Shown one piece after another: positions 1-10,059 of a stretch of 64,000 bases of DNA (positions are counted from its first letter, which is position 1; the number at the start of each line of letters is the position of its first letter). A program made the position numbers and the translations under genes. This stretch comes from Cenarchaeum sp. Lineage in GTDB: Archaea > Thermoproteota > Nitrososphaeria > Nitrososphaerales > Nitrosopumilaceae. The DNA lies in assembly GCA_965206845.1 (NCBI GenBank), contig OZ242221.1:1504001-1568000 (forward strand), read 5' to 3'. Below the pieces are notes generated by a model. The model saw nothing but the letters and a program-made list of their open reading frames with translations. It made no database searches and was not told the DNA's origin.

Positions 1-150
1 GGGCGTCAGATCCTGCAGATCATGCGTCTTGCCAAATGCCATCCCCATGTGTGTGGATTGCGTTCGGTTATCAAGATTTCGCAGCTACTTCTGGCACAAA
101 GTCCCGCCCGGGCAGAAACAGAAATCTACTTGTATGCTTGGAGATCCCCC

Positions 151-1083
151 ATGGGTATGCTGGATGTACGGGGCCTCACTGCACGGTACTCGGTGTCCCG
201 TGGACAGGTCCATGCAGTGGAGGACGTCAGCTTCTCCCTGAACCGCGGCGAGTCCATGGGGATCGCAGGCGAGAGCGCCTGCGGCAAGAGCACGCTGGGC
301 CTGGCAGTCATCCGGATGCTGCAGGGAGGCAAGGTGGTCTCTGGAACGGTGCATCTGGACTCGGTGGACATAACGTCAATGTCTGATGTGGACTTTGACA
401 GGAGCGTCCGCTGGAAGGAGGTGTCCATGATATTCCAGGGGGCGATGAACTCGCTGGATCCGGTCTTTACGATCAAGGAGCAGTTCGTCGAGGTTCTGGA
501 GCAGCACGGCTTTGAGGGGGATGTAGACAAGGTCATATTCGATGCCATCGGGGCTGTGGGCTTGGGCCGCGAGGTTCTAAAAAAGTACCCCCACGAGCTG
601 AGCGGTGGAATGAAGCAGCGGGTGGTCATCTCGATGAGTCTCGTGCTAAAGCCAAAGCTGGTCATTGCCGACGAGCCCACCACAGCGCTGGACGTGCTGA
701 TACAGGCGCAGGTGATCAACCTCTTCAAGAAGCTCAAGCGGGACGGCATGTCCATAGTCATGATCACCCATGATCTGGCGGTCCTCTCGGAGATCGCCGA
801 CAGGATAGGGATCATGTACGGCGGGCAGATGGTCGAGATTGGCAGCTCCCGCGACGTGTACGGGGATCCCAAGCACCCCTACACGCAAGGACTCTTGGAG
901 TCGATTCCCACCCTGCGCGGCCGGCGCCCAAAGTATATCAGCGGCAACCCGCCGGATCTGGTCGATCCGGAGAAGAAGTGCCTGTTTTACGATCGGTGTC
1001 CCAAGGCGATGGAGAAGTGCAAGACCGAGCCTCCAAACTTCAAGACGAAGTCAGGCTACGTAAAGTGCTGGCTATACGAGTGA
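151..1083 (+). CDS. Oligopeptide/dipeptide ABC transporter ATP-binding subunit (DppD/OppD-like)
   Basis: Walker A-like GESACGKST, signature LSGGMKQR, Walker B VIADEPTTALD, C-terminal HPYTQGLL and Cys-rich tail; start set at ATG 151. Confidence 0.93.
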   Translation: MGMLDVRGLTARYSVSRGQVHAVEDVSFSLNRGESMGIAGESACGKSTLGLAVIRMLQGGKVVSGTVHLDSVDITSMSDVDFDRSVRWKEVSMIFQGAMNSLDPVFTIKEQFVEVLEQHGFEGDVDKVIFDAIGAVGLGREVLKKYPHELSGGMKQRVVISMSLVLKPKLVIADEPTTALDVLIQAQVINLFKKLKRDGMSIVMITHDLAVLSEIADRIGIMYGGQMVEIGSSRDVYGDPKHPYTQGLLESIPTLRGRRPKYISGNPPDLVDPEKKCLFYDRCPKAMEKCKTEPPNFKTKSGYVKCWLYE

Positions 1084-1109
1084 CGGCCATGTCCGCCTTG
1101 GACATGCGT

Positions 1110-1487
1110 CTAGGAGTATCTCTTGGTTACGGGCAGGCACATGTCTATGATCCGCAGCACCTCTGAGCGTACCACCATCTTGTCTATGGATACCCATACG
1201 CGTATATGGTCTATTGCAAACGAGATGATCTGGGCCTTCTTTCTCTCCTCCCAGACAAACTCCACCTCGCCCAGGCTCTGGTCAAAGAACTCCTCCATGC
1301 CTGTCTTGACTGCAATGTGGGAGAACTGGTGTTGGGTATTCTTGACATCAAGCAACGGTTCTAGGTTGTCCCTGCGGCGGTACGCCCGCAGGTTCCCGGT
1401 TCTTCCGATTATGCCCGCAAACCTGATGTAGGGGCTGATGCGGATTACCGCATCGCATATCTCGTAGCACTCCTCCTTTTTTATCAT
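1110..1487 (-). CDS. Thaumarchaeal roadblock/longin-like small protein (DUF6659-like)
   Basis: Pattern 'C..VI.I...IRFAGII...G.L' and 'SLGEVEFVWEERKK' shared with three paralogs in this window. Confidence 0.7.
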   Translation of the reverse strand: MIKKEECYEICDAVIRISPYIRFAGIIGRTGNLRAYRRRDNLEPLLDVKNTQHQFSHIAVKTGMEEFFDQSLGEVEFVWEERKKAQIISFAIDHIRVWVSIDKMVVRSEVLRIIDMCLPVTKRYS

Positions 1488-1533
1488 ATGCCGTGGGTCT
1501 GGAAACACTGTATTTTAATGATCTGCCAACGGA

Positions 1534-1613
1534 GGCTGTGTCCTACGGGCATATGTGAACTGGAATTGGCTCTGTCGATTTGGCGCGTTTGGCTATGTCT
1601 GTAGGACGCAGCT
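1534..1613. mobile_element. 80-bp MITE (family A; IS5-type GGCTGTGTCCTA ends)
   Basis: TIRs GGCTGTGTCCTAC / GTAGGACGCAGCT; 9-bp target duplication GCCAACGGA (1525-1533, 1614-1622). Confidence 0.9.
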
Positions 1614-2003
1614 GCCAACGGAGTCACCGCATAATTCTGATCCACAGCATGGCGCCCGTGACAGGGATCCGGCAACCCGCCGGACGGTCTCCTGGCCGAG
1701 CCTGCCTTTCTGGAAGATCCCCCGGCATGTGCGTTCCCTGCTGCCCCTCCAGACGCGCGGACAATGGCCCATCCGGGCAGGCGTGGCCATCGTGCCAGTT
1801 AGGGAGACAGCCTCGCCAGGATGTCCCAAGTGGCAGCACTGCCAGTGGCGCAGACATCCGACGTGCCTGCCCACTGCGGTATGTGTGCGACCGCGATCAA
1901 AGAACGTATCGGGCAGACGCCGGCGCGCTCAAAGGGAAGTATTGCGGCAGTCTCCAGATGTAAACTAAACTTTTATAAAATTGTTAATAATAATAATTAT
2001 CAA

Positions 2004-3191
2004 ATGGTAAGTAATATAGTAGCTAGCGGAGCCGCAGCCGCCACTATTGTGGCAGTCATAGTGGCCGCTGGAGTGGTGGCAGGGGGACAGGATCCGCCAC
2101 AGGAGACGGCTGTACAGACCGAGAGGATCAGGGTCTTTGCTACGTTCTTTCCGTATTACGAGTTTACAAAGAATGTGGCAGGCGACAGGGCCACAGTGGA
2201 GCAGTTCGTTCCGGCAGGTGTGCCTGCGCACGACTGGGATCCCCGGCCCAGCAAGATCCGGTCGCTGCAGGATGTGGATGTCTTTGTGTATAACGGGCTA
2301 GGCGTCGAGCCGTACATGGAGAACATAATCGACTCGGACGAGTTTGACCACATCCTCTTTGTGAAGGCGTCTGAGAATGTCGGCCTCCTCGAGTCCGGCG
2401 AGCATACAGAAGAGTTCCGGGAGGAGATAATCGGAATAATGGAGGAGCTTGAGCGCAAGAGCATAACCCTGGCGGAGGCATTCGATCTCATTGATAGCAC
2501 GCTTGGCGAGCATGGGGACGACGGCCACGGACACGGGGAGGGAACGATCGAGCAGATCGGTGACATCCTGCACGGAGTGGAGGACGGCAGCACCGATGCG
2601 GAGGCGGGCCTGGGGGAGATTCGCCACATGATCCTGAGCGGGGAAGAGGACGGACACGGACATGTCGATGATCCACATATCTGGCTTGACCCGGTGCTCG
2701 TAAAGCAGCAGGTCGACAACATAAGGGACGGCTTGGCATCGGCTGATCCCGCAAACGCAGAGCACTACGAACGTAACGCCGCCGCATACAATGCAAGGCT
2801 GGACGGGCTTGACGAGTCGATAAGATCCAATCTGTCCGGCTGCCAGACAGACACCTTCGTTCCGTTCCACAACGCATTTGCGTACTTTGCCCAGCGGTAC
2901 GGGCTGACGGCATCCGCGCTAGGCGGCCTGTCGCCCGACGCCGAGGCATCGGCCTTGGAGATCGCCGAGTTTGTGGGCTTTGTAGAGGAGAACGGCATCC
3001 GGGTGGTCTTTGCAGAGGATCTCATAGACCCGCGGCTTGCTGAAGTCATCGCCGACGAGGCGGGGGCGCAGGTGATGGTGCTCAGTACCGTTGAGGCGCT
3101 GACGCTCCAGGAGGCATCAGACGGAGTGACGTTCTTGGACAAGATGGAGCAGAACCTGGAATCTCTCAAAGTGGCCCTGGGGTGCCCATGA
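2004..3191 (+). CDS. znuA: Zn/Mn ABC transporter substrate-binding protein (ZnuA-like)
   Basis: N-terminal hydrophobic anchor, AHDWDP, YNGLGVE, DPHIWLDP, FHNAFAYF motifs; His/acidic insert. Confidence 0.9.
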   Translation: MVSNIVASGAAAATIVAVIVAAGVVAGGQDPPQETAVQTERIRVFATFFPYYEFTKNVAGDRATVEQFVPAGVPAHDWDPRPSKIRSLQDVDVFVYNGLGVEPYMENIIDSDEFDHILFVKASENVGLLESGEHTEEFREEIIGIMEELERKSITLAEAFDLIDSTLGEHGDDGHGHGEGTIEQIGDILHGVEDGSTDAEAGLGEIRHMILSGEEDGHGHVDDPHIWLDPVLVKQQVDNIRDGLASADPANAEHYERNAAAYNARLDGLDESIRSNLSGCQTDTFVPFHNAFAYFAQRYGLTASALGGLSPDAEASALEIAEFVGFVEENGIRVVFAEDLIDPRLAEVIADEAGAQVMVLSTVEALTLQEASDGVTFLDKMEQNLESLKVALGCP

Positions 3192-3988
3192 CACAGATTC
3201 TCCAGACGCGGAACGTCACGATGAGGTACGGCAGTCATGTGGCGGTGGACGACATCAGCTTTGATGTTGCGGAGGGCGACCTTCTGGGGATTGTGGGGCC
3301 CAACGGTGCCGGCAAGTCGACGCTGTTCCGAGCAATACTGGGACTTCAGCCATATGACGGGACGATAGAGCTGTTCGGCTACGGCCCCGACAGGTACGGA
3401 TCGCTGATTCCACTTGTGGGATATGTGCCGCAGAGGATCCAGTTCGAGCCCAACTTTCCCGCAACCGTCTACGACGTGGTGTCCATGGGGATCATCTCCA
3501 ACAAAAGGATCGCAAGGGGGGAGAGGCTGATCAGGCAGCGCGGCTACCACTGGAACCGCGTATATGGGAAGATCGGTAAGACCGAGGACAAGATCGCCGA
3601 GGCGCTCAAGGTGGCAGGCCTTGAGAGCCTGAGGGATCGCAGAATCGGAGAGCTGTCCGGAGGGGAGCAGCAGCGGGTCTTTATCGCAAAGTCACTGGTA
3701 AAGGATCCCCTGCTGCTGATCCTAGACGAGCCTGTCACCGGCGTGGACATGGAGTCACAGACGCGGTTCTACAGCGTCATAAAAAGGATCAATGAGGAGA
3801 ACGGGATCACCATGGTCTGGTCTTCCCACGATCTTGACGCTATAAACAAGTACGCAAGCAGGGTTGCCTGCATGAACCGGAAGCTCTTCTTCCACGGGGA
3901 CAAGGATCAGTTCTTTGCAGACGAGGATCTCCTGAAGACGTACACGGAATCCACAATGCAGGTGCACATGCACGACCACCGGGTGTAG
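3188..3988 (+). CDS. znuC: Metal ABC transporter ATP-binding protein (ZnuC-like)
   Basis: GPNGAGKST, GYVPQ, LSGGEQQR, LILDEP; His-rich C-terminus; overlaps znuA stop. Confidence 0.92.
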   Translation: MTQILQTRNVTMRYGSHVAVDDISFDVAEGDLLGIVGPNGAGKSTLFRAILGLQPYDGTIELFGYGPDRYGSLIPLVGYVPQRIQFEPNFPATVYDVVSMGIISNKRIARGERLIRQRGYHWNRVYGKIGKTEDKIAEALKVAGLESLRDRRIGELSGGEQQRVFIAKSLVKDPLLLILDEPVTGVDMESQTRFYSVIKRINEENGITMVWSSHDLDAINKYASRVACMNRKLFFHGDKDQFFADEDLLKTYTESTMQVHMHDHRV

Positions 3989-3990
3989 GC

Positions 3991-4836
3991 ATGGTCATTG
4001 AAGTTCTAGCCCACGGTTTTATGCAAAAGGCACTCATCGCTGGGATTGCGGTGGCGGTGGTGTGCTCGTTTATGGGGATCTTCCTCGTCCTCAGGCGGTA
4101 CGCCCTCTTCGGCGACGGGATGGCCCATGTGGCCTTTGGCGGCATATCGATCGGACTGGTCCTGGGCGTGTTTCCGCTGTGGACTGCTTTTGCCGCATCC
4201 ATACTGGGTGGGCTGGGACTCCAGAAGCTGCGGAACAGCACGAAGATATCCGGAGACGCGGCGGTTGCCGTGGTCCTGGTCTCTGGCCTCGCTGTAGGGG
4301 TGCTGCTGGTCAGCGCGTCGGGAGGGTTCTCGGTGGACCTGTTCAGCTTCCTGTTCGGCAGTATACTTTTGATAAGCACAGAGGACGTGATGCTGATCGT
4401 CGCAATCAGCGCGGGAATAGTCGGAACACTCCTGGCGCTTCACAGGCAGTTTCTGCACCTTACGTTCAACGAGGAGCAGGCAAGGGTCGCGGGGCTGAAC
4501 GTAACCCTGCTCAACTATGCGTTCGTGGTGCTGGCAGCGGTCACGGTAGTGACATCAATGAGGCTCGTCGGAATACTGCTCATATCGGCGCTGATCGTAA
4601 TACCGAACATCTCGGCGATAATGCTTGGAAAGGGGTTCAAGAAGACGGTGGGGATCTCGATACTGTTCTCTGTACTCTCGGTGGTTGCCGGGATACTCCT
4701 CTCGTACTACTTCGACCTGGCCCCATCCGGAACCATAGTCCTGGTTGCAGTGGCGATACTCCTAGCGGTGCTGGCGGCAAAGTCAGCCGGGCTCGTGCAT
4801 GGGAGACGGGCCCAGGTCGCGCGCAGTACGCCCTGA
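3991..4836 (+). CDS. znuB: Metal ABC transporter permease (ZnuB-like)
   Basis: LRRYALFGDGMAH, LFGSIL, VGILLISALIVIP motifs; multi-TM; operonic with znuAC. Confidence 0.92.
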   Translation: MVIEVLAHGFMQKALIAGIAVAVVCSFMGIFLVLRRYALFGDGMAHVAFGGISIGLVLGVFPLWTAFAASILGGLGLQKLRNSTKISGDAAVAVVLVSGLAVGVLLVSASGGFSVDLFSFLFGSILLISTEDVMLIVAISAGIVGTLLALHRQFLHLTFNEEQARVAGLNVTLLNYAFVVLAAVTVVTSMRLVGILLISALIVIPNISAIMLGKGFKKTVGISILFSVLSVVAGILLSYYFDLAPSGTIVLVAVAILLAVLAAKSAGLVHGRRAQVARSTP

Positions 4837-4950
4837 TGCCGCGCATGCCACCGCGCCCGTGGACTGTGCCACCAGTGGGGAGTTGTGCGCCGCTACGACC
4901 GCCCGTTTATGCCTCTTAAAGTTAAATAAAATGGTCAAAGAGAGTGTCTA

Positions 4951-5583
4951 TTGGACTTTTCTGACCTGTTTCCGTTTGCACCAGAGATAGGCTACCTCGG
5001 TCTGGGACTGGTAAGCTTCTTTGGCTCGCTGATCCCGTTTGTACCCGTCCCCTCGTTTTTGTTGCTTGCCACCATGTCGATAGATCCACAGTTTGACCTG
5101 CACATCCTGGCCATAATGTCTGCGCTGCTGTCTGCGGGGGCAAAGCAGATCATATTCTATGTAAGCTACAGCAGCAGCAGGATCATCCGGCAAAAGACCA
5201 GGGAGAGGATGCGGCCGTTTCAGAGACTGGTAAAGCGGTACGGTGCGGTAGCTGCCTTCGTGGCTGCCGCCACACCGGTACCGGACGACCTGGTGTACGT
5301 TCCGCTGGGGCTGGCAAAGTACAACCCCCTGCGGTTCTTTTTGGCAACCCTCTCCGGAAAGCTGATCCTGCATTACGTGATCGTTTGGGCGTCCTACTCT
5401 CTGGGACTTTCCCTGATCGAGCCGTACCTGAAGGATGTGGAGAATCCAGCCACCGCATACATAGGAATAATCGTCCTGGGCGTCATAATGGCTGTGATGA
5501 TCGTGCTTTTGCTTCGGCTGGACTGGGCAAGGATTCTGGGCAGGCTGGCTCCTTGGACGCTTGAGGACGATGACAAGACCTAG
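4951..5583 (+). CDS. VTT/DedA (YqaA-like) membrane protein
   Basis: 'AATPVPDDLVYVPLGLAKY...FFLATLSGK' DedA-type motif; hydrophobic. Confidence 0.8.
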   Translation: MDFSDLFPFAPEIGYLGLGLVSFFGSLIPFVPVPSFLLLATMSIDPQFDLHILAIMSALLSAGAKQIIFYVSYSSSRIIRQKTRERMRPFQRLVKRYGAVAAFVAAATPVPDDLVYVPLGLAKYNPLRFFLATLSGKLILHYVIVWASYSLGLSLIEPYLKDVENPATAYIGIIVLGVIMAVMIVLLLRLDWARILGRLAPWTLEDDDKT

Positions 5584-5601
5584 GCATGGTCGATCCGGGA
5601 C

Positions 5602-6171
5602 TCACACTCCAGAGTGACTTGTGCTGAGGGCAAAGTTCCACTTTAGATCCGTGCCCTTTTTTATTCCAACCCGTGGAGATGTCATGACGTCTCTGTGTGC
5701 GTCGTTGTCGCATATGGACAGCCCGTCTGGTGTGGTAAGGTCCGCTCCGTACTGCTCCCTTGTGATGCCCAGAGCCTGGGCCAGCATGGCGGGTCCGCCG
5801 GTGAGGCTTCTTGCGGACTTGCCGCGGCACTCTGACATCTCCCTTAGCCCCGATACCGGCTCCAGCGCCCTTATGAGCACGGCTCCCGCCCGGCGGCCCG
5901 GGTCGCGGGCGACTGCGTTTACGCAGTGGTGCATGCCGTAGGTGAAGTAGACGTAGGCGCGGCCCACCTCTCCAAACATGGCGCGGTTCCTGTCTGTCAT
6001 GCCGTTAAAGGCGTGGCTTGCGGGATCGTCCTCACCGCCGTATGCTTCGGTCTCTGTGATGATGCCGGATCTGACGGACTGTCCGGTTCTGTGAACCAGG
6101 ATCCTACCCAGCAGATCCCGGGCAACCTCTACTGTATCCCTCCGGTAAAAGCGGCGCGGCAGCGTCCTCAT
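5602..6171 (-). CDS. mpg: DNA-3-methyladenine glycosylase (AAG/MPG family)
   Basis: VARDLLG, ETEAY, DPASHA, YVYFTYGMH, AVLIRALEP, PRVGI motifs. Confidence 0.95.
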   Translation of the reverse strand: MRTLPRRFYRRDTVEVARDLLGRILVHRTGQSVRSGIITETEAYGGEDDPASHAFNGMTDRNRAMFGEVGRAYVYFTYGMHHCVNAVARDPGRRAGAVLIRALEPVSGLREMSECRGKSARSLTGGPAMLAQALGITREQYGADLTTPDGLSICDNDAHRDVMTSPRVGIKKGTDLKWNFALSTSHSGV

Positions 6172-6725
6172 CTGGCATCCCCGACGACGGATGCCAGCTT
6201 TGCCATGTCCTCCTTGAGCGCATCTAGAAGGCTGGGGCGGTATATTGCGGCGGCCGGGTGTATGGTCAGAAAGTACCTGCGTCCGTCCCTCTGGATTATC
6301 TTGCCGCGATCCTTGGTTATGCTGCCGCCTCCGAGGAGGGAGCCGTATGCGGTGTTTCCCATTATGCAGACTATCTTGGGACGGATGAGCCTTATCTCAA
6401 AGTCAAGGTATTGCCGGCATGCGCCGATCTCCTCTGGCGTCGGCATCCTGTTCCCCGGCGGCCGGCACTTTACCACGTTGGTTATGTAGACTGATCCCCT
6501 GGAGATGTTTGCATGCTGCAGTGCAATGGACAGCTTCTTTCCGGCCTCGCCCACAAACGGCTCCCCCAGTCGGTCCTCATTGCGGCCCGGTGCCTCGCCT
6601 ACAAGAATTATGTCTGCCCCCGGGCTGCCTTTTCCGGCAACGGGGTTCGTTCTGTGTACGCACAGCTGGCAGTCGGTGCACGAGGATACGGCATTCCGAA
6701 TCTGTCTGATGGACGTAAATGTCAT
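6168..6725 (-). CDS. udg: Uracil-DNA glycosylase, family 4
   Basis: CxxC Fe-S ligands, GEAPG, PFVG, NVVKCRPPGNR, HPAA; start set at MTFTSIRQ. Confidence 0.93.
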   Translation of the reverse strand: MTFTSIRQIRNAVSSCTDCQLCVHRTNPVAGKGSPGADIILVGEAPGRNEDRLGEPFVGEAGKKLSIALQHANISRGSVYITNVVKCRPPGNRMPTPEEIGACRQYLDFEIRLIRPKIVCIMGNTAYGSLLGGGSITKDRGKIIQRDGRRYFLTIHPAAAIYRPSLLDALKEDMAKLASVVGDAR

Positions 6726-6986
6726 GGTGCATCTCCTGATGTGTCCGGGAGCCCGCCGCGGTGGGGGACTGCTGGTGCCGATCCGGTCAACACCATGCGC
6801 GGCCATTCCGCTACATTATTTGTTTTCTATTTTGAATATCTGTGTCCTACAGTGGTGCGTTCGCCCAGGTGCCGGCCTTCGGGTCGGCATTTGGGATACT
6901 TGCCTGTGGGGTGCGCCCACTGTGCCTGCCGATCCCGGTGCATCCGGCTGGAAAGGTTTTTGACACCTGCAGGATCAGAATGACTC

Positions 6987-7499
6987 ATGCCAAGAAGGCC
7001 ACACATCCTGGTCATAGGGTACAACGATGACGGCTGCACGCCAGAACACGAGAAGGTGGCATATGATGCCGGGCAGCATATAGCGCGATCCGGCGCAGTG
7101 CTTATCACCGGCGGGCTCGGCGGAGTGATGCGGGCAGCCTGCCGCGGCTCCCACGACGCCGGCGGCCTGGCGGTGGGCATAATTCCGCAGAGCAATCACA
7201 GCCCTGCAAACGAGTTCTGTGATGTGGTGATTCCCACCGGCCTGGGCCTGACCAGGGACTTTGTAAACGCGCTGACAGCCGACGGCGTCATAATAATAGG
7301 CGGCGGGGCTGGAACGCTGTCCGAGGTATGCGCCGCTTACATGCACCGGCGTCCCATGGTTGCGATAGGCGGCACCGGCGGCACCGCAGAGCGGGTTGCC
7401 GGACAGTATATGGATCATCGCAAGAAGATCATGGTGCAGAAGGCAGGCTCCGCCCAGGAGGCGGTGGATGTGCTCATCGGGCAGCTACATGGACTCTAG
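6987..7499 (+). CDS. TIGR00725/LOG-family Rossmann-fold protein
   Basis: TGGLGGVMRAA, VGIIP, IGGGAGTLSE motifs. Confidence 0.88.
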   Translation: MPRRPHILVIGYNDDGCTPEHEKVAYDAGQHIARSGAVLITGGLGGVMRAACRGSHDAGGLAVGIIPQSNHSPANEFCDVVIPTGLGLTRDFVNALTADGVIIIGGGAGTLSEVCAAYMHRRPMVAIGGTGGTAERVAGQYMDHRKKIMVQKAGSAQEAVDVLIGQLHGL

Positions 7500-8621
7500 G
7501 AGTGGATCCGGGGAGTAAAACCCGCCGTATCTCTGGGACATCTGGTTCAGTTCCTCTACTATTCTCTTCATGCCAATCCTTTTTGCGGTGTCAAAGAGCG
7601 GTTTTTTGAGCCCAAGCCCCAGACGGGCAGCCCGCTCGATCTCCTCAATGTCACTGACCTTGTTTGTGACCAGCCATGCAGCACTGTTGAGTATGCTTGC
7701 AGCGATCTGCGCCGGGTCTACCAGTGCCGCAAGATCCTCTGACAGCGGCACGCGCTCGTACTTGTCGTCCGAGTACGCATAGAATCCCTCTCCGGTCTTC
7801 TGTCCCAGCTTCTGCTCGTTGAAGAGCTGCTCCACCCTGGGATGGGGGTTTATCACACCCTTGTCTCGGGCATGCATCTCGACTGTGGCCTTGTGGATTA
7901 CGTCCATGCCTGTAAAGTCTGCCAGCTCAAAGATGCCCATGGGGAAGCCCAGGGAGAACTTGACGGCCGAGTCGATCTCCACTGGCCGGCGCCCTGTCCT
8001 GTCTGCTATGTGGCAGGCCTCGTGCACCAGCGGGATAAACAACCTGTTTACGATAAATCCGGGAACGTCCCTTCTGCACAGCACGGGCTCCTTCTTGAGC
8101 GATCTGACATAGTCCATCGTGATCCCCGTTACGTCCGGGTCTGTCTCCTGTCCCGGAATGACCTCCACCAGCTTCATCAGCTGGGGCGGATTGAAGAAGT
8201 GTATCCCGATAAACCTGCCGGGGCGCGCAGTCGTTCCGGCAACCTCGGTTATGGGAAGCGTGCTCGTGTTTGAGGCAAATATGGCATCTTCGGGCGCCAC
8301 CGCGTCCAGCTCGGCATAGACCTTTCTCTTCAGGCTCATGATCTCGGGAACCGCTTCGATGACCAGATCCGCCTCCCGGACAGCCTCGCCCAGATCCAGC
8401 ACCGGCCTGATCCTTGCGAGGATGCCTGCCGCCTGATCTGCCGTGATCCTCTCCTTTGAGACCATCTTGTCCAGGCTCCACCTGATCTTGCCCATTGCCC
8501 TGTCCAGAAAGTCCTGTTGTATGTCGCGCAGAACAACATTGTATCCGGACATTGCAGACACCTGTGCGATGCCGTGGCCCATTATGCCCGAGCCCAGCAC
8601 GGTGATGTCTCCTAGCACCAT
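7485..8621 (-). CDS. 3-hydroxyacyl(butyryl)-CoA dehydrogenase
   Basis: GSGIMGHGIA NAD-binding motif, IEAVPE, ASNTSTL, GIHFFNP, GFIVNRL, FPMGIFELAD. Confidence 0.94.
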   Translation of the reverse strand: MVLGDITVLGSGIMGHGIAQVSAMSGYNVVLRDIQQDFLDRAMGKIRWSLDKMVSKERITADQAAGILARIRPVLDLGEAVREADLVIEAVPEIMSLKRKVYAELDAVAPEDAIFASNTSTLPITEVAGTTARPGRFIGIHFFNPPQLMKLVEVIPGQETDPDVTGITMDYVRSLKKEPVLCRRDVPGFIVNRLFIPLVHEACHIADRTGRRPVEIDSAVKFSLGFPMGIFELADFTGMDVIHKATVEMHARDKGVINPHPRVEQLFNEQKLGQKTGEGFYAYSDDKYERVPLSEDLAALVDPAQIAASILNSAAWLVTNKVSDIEEIERAARLGLGLKKPLFDTAKRIGMKRIVEELNQMSQRYGGFYSPDPLLESM

Positions 8622-9031
8622 GATCCATCCCCGTATGATATCCCTTATAACGTAAGCGGGATGGGTTCTGGCGTGGAGGTTCCATACTGCATGTGCACCC
8701 ACACCCGGATGGTGGGCCCTGCCCTGACGGCTTGCGCCGTCTCGGCAAGCGGCTTTGTGCGCGGGAATGGTGTCTGGGACCTGACTCACAATCGGCACCC
8801 GGACACAAAATGGATGTGATCTCCAAACCGATCACGCACGGCCTTGCCTATCGCGAACTGCGTCTCTGTTTAGGCCCGGGCGCAGGCTGCGGGCACAGGA
8901 TGCATGGCGGGGTCATCCTGCATTGTGCAGGAGGGATCGGCCCTGATGCACAGGCCCGCACACATGGGGGGATCTGATCGTGCGCCGCATTGCCGAATAT
9001 TTTATAATGTATCTAGGTACTGCATTTACTG

Positions 9032-9196
9032 TTGGGACTGTTCAAGAAAAAATCTGATCCAAACACCACCAAGTGTGACAAGTGCGGCCTCGAGCTCCAC
9101 GACCCTGACCGATTGAAGCGCCATCTGAAGAAGGCCCATGGAAACGTGCCTGCCAAGAAGATGGATCCAAGCAGCGGCGACGGGGGTCTGTGGTAG
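9032..9196 (+). CDS. 54-aa C2H2 zinc-finger microprotein (below the ORF-track cutoff)
   Basis: TTG start; MGLFKKKSDPNTTKCDKCGLELHDPDRLKRHLKKAHGNVPAKKMDPSSGDGGLW fits C-x2-C-x12-H-x4-H; TTTATAA about 25-30 nt upstream; stop is 2 nt before the next ATG. Confidence 0.8.
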   Translation: MGLFKKKSDPNTTKCDKCGLELHDPDRLKRHLKKAHGNVPAKKMDPSSGDGGLW

Positions 9197-9198
9197 CC

Positions 9199-9474
9199 AT
9201 GGAGATGTCCGACGGCAAAAAACACAGCCTGATATTTGGCGGTGCCCTGATCGGCGCGGGCATTGTGCTCTCCACCATCGTGTTTCCATTCTGGAATCTT
9301 ATACGGGAGGATGTCTTTGAGGAGGTGGAGATTCTGAGCAATGAGAACGGTGTCTGCTACGTGGAGGCTGTGGATATGGTTCCAAAGACAATCCAGAACT
9401 GCAAAAGCATGCCCGGCGACGTGGTTACCATCAAGTTCGGCCGCGATCTGCCATGGGCCGAGATCGTAGGCTAG
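9199..9474 (+). CDS. Small membrane-anchored hypothetical protein
   Basis: One N-terminal TM segment followed by a two-Cys beta domain; operonic with the Zn-finger ORF. Confidence 0.75.
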   Translation: MEMSDGKKHSLIFGGALIGAGIVLSTIVFPFWNLIREDVFEEVEILSNENGVCYVEAVDMVPKTIQNCKSMPGDVVTIKFGRDLPWAEIVG

Positions 9475-9525
9475 CGTGGTTTTGGCCCCGTGCGCATCCT
9501 GGCCTTGGAACTTTAATATCCGAAA

Positions 9526-9831
9526 GTGGCGCTACACATGGATCTTTCTGAGATCAAGGACAGGATAGTGGAGAGAAGAGGTTATGAGGATGCAGCCAAA
9601 AAAGGCACGCAAAAGGGAGTGGAGTTCGAGGATGCGTGTGAGCCATACATACGTTCCACAGCAGAAGCATACTCCTACATGGTGGAATCCATCGGAAGCG
9701 CCGCGGGTGACTTGGGAAGCAGGATCCTGTATGGGAACAGATCCGATGCCGGTGCCCAGCGAACCAAGATCCTCATGAGCATCTACGCCACGTGCGAGCA
9801 GCGCGGCGTGAACTTTTACCAGTTCGTACAG
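9526..9831 (+). pseudogene. Chimeric remnant: hypothetical-protein fragment joined to an IS66-like transposase C-terminal fragment
   Basis: Second half RILYGNRSDAGAQRTKILMSIYATCEQRGVNFYQFV resembles the IS66 TnpC C-terminus; cut off by the IS end at 9832. Confidence 0.55.
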
Positions 9832-9922
9832 AGAACTGATTCGTAATTAGCCCATTCGCCGTAGGCGGCGGCTTGGGGAAGGCAGCAAGATCAAAATATC
9901 GTCCGATCCAGCCTGTCACATG

Positions 9923-10059
9923 GGACTTGATCCGTAATTAAAGATCGAGCCTTTTTCGTCCAACACTTACAGAGATGTGTTTCGAAATAAACAAATTTTG
10001 CGTGATTATGCCGAAGATTGCGCTATTTTATGCCCGGGCGCTAATTACGAATCAAGTCT
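9923..10059. mobile_element. 137-bp MITE (family B, diverged copy)
   Basis: TIRs GGACTTGATCCGTAATTA / TAATTACGAATCAAGTCT; 3-bp duplication ATG (9920-9922, 10060-10062); aligns with the reverse complement of the 27443 and 49980 copies. Confidence 0.88.
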
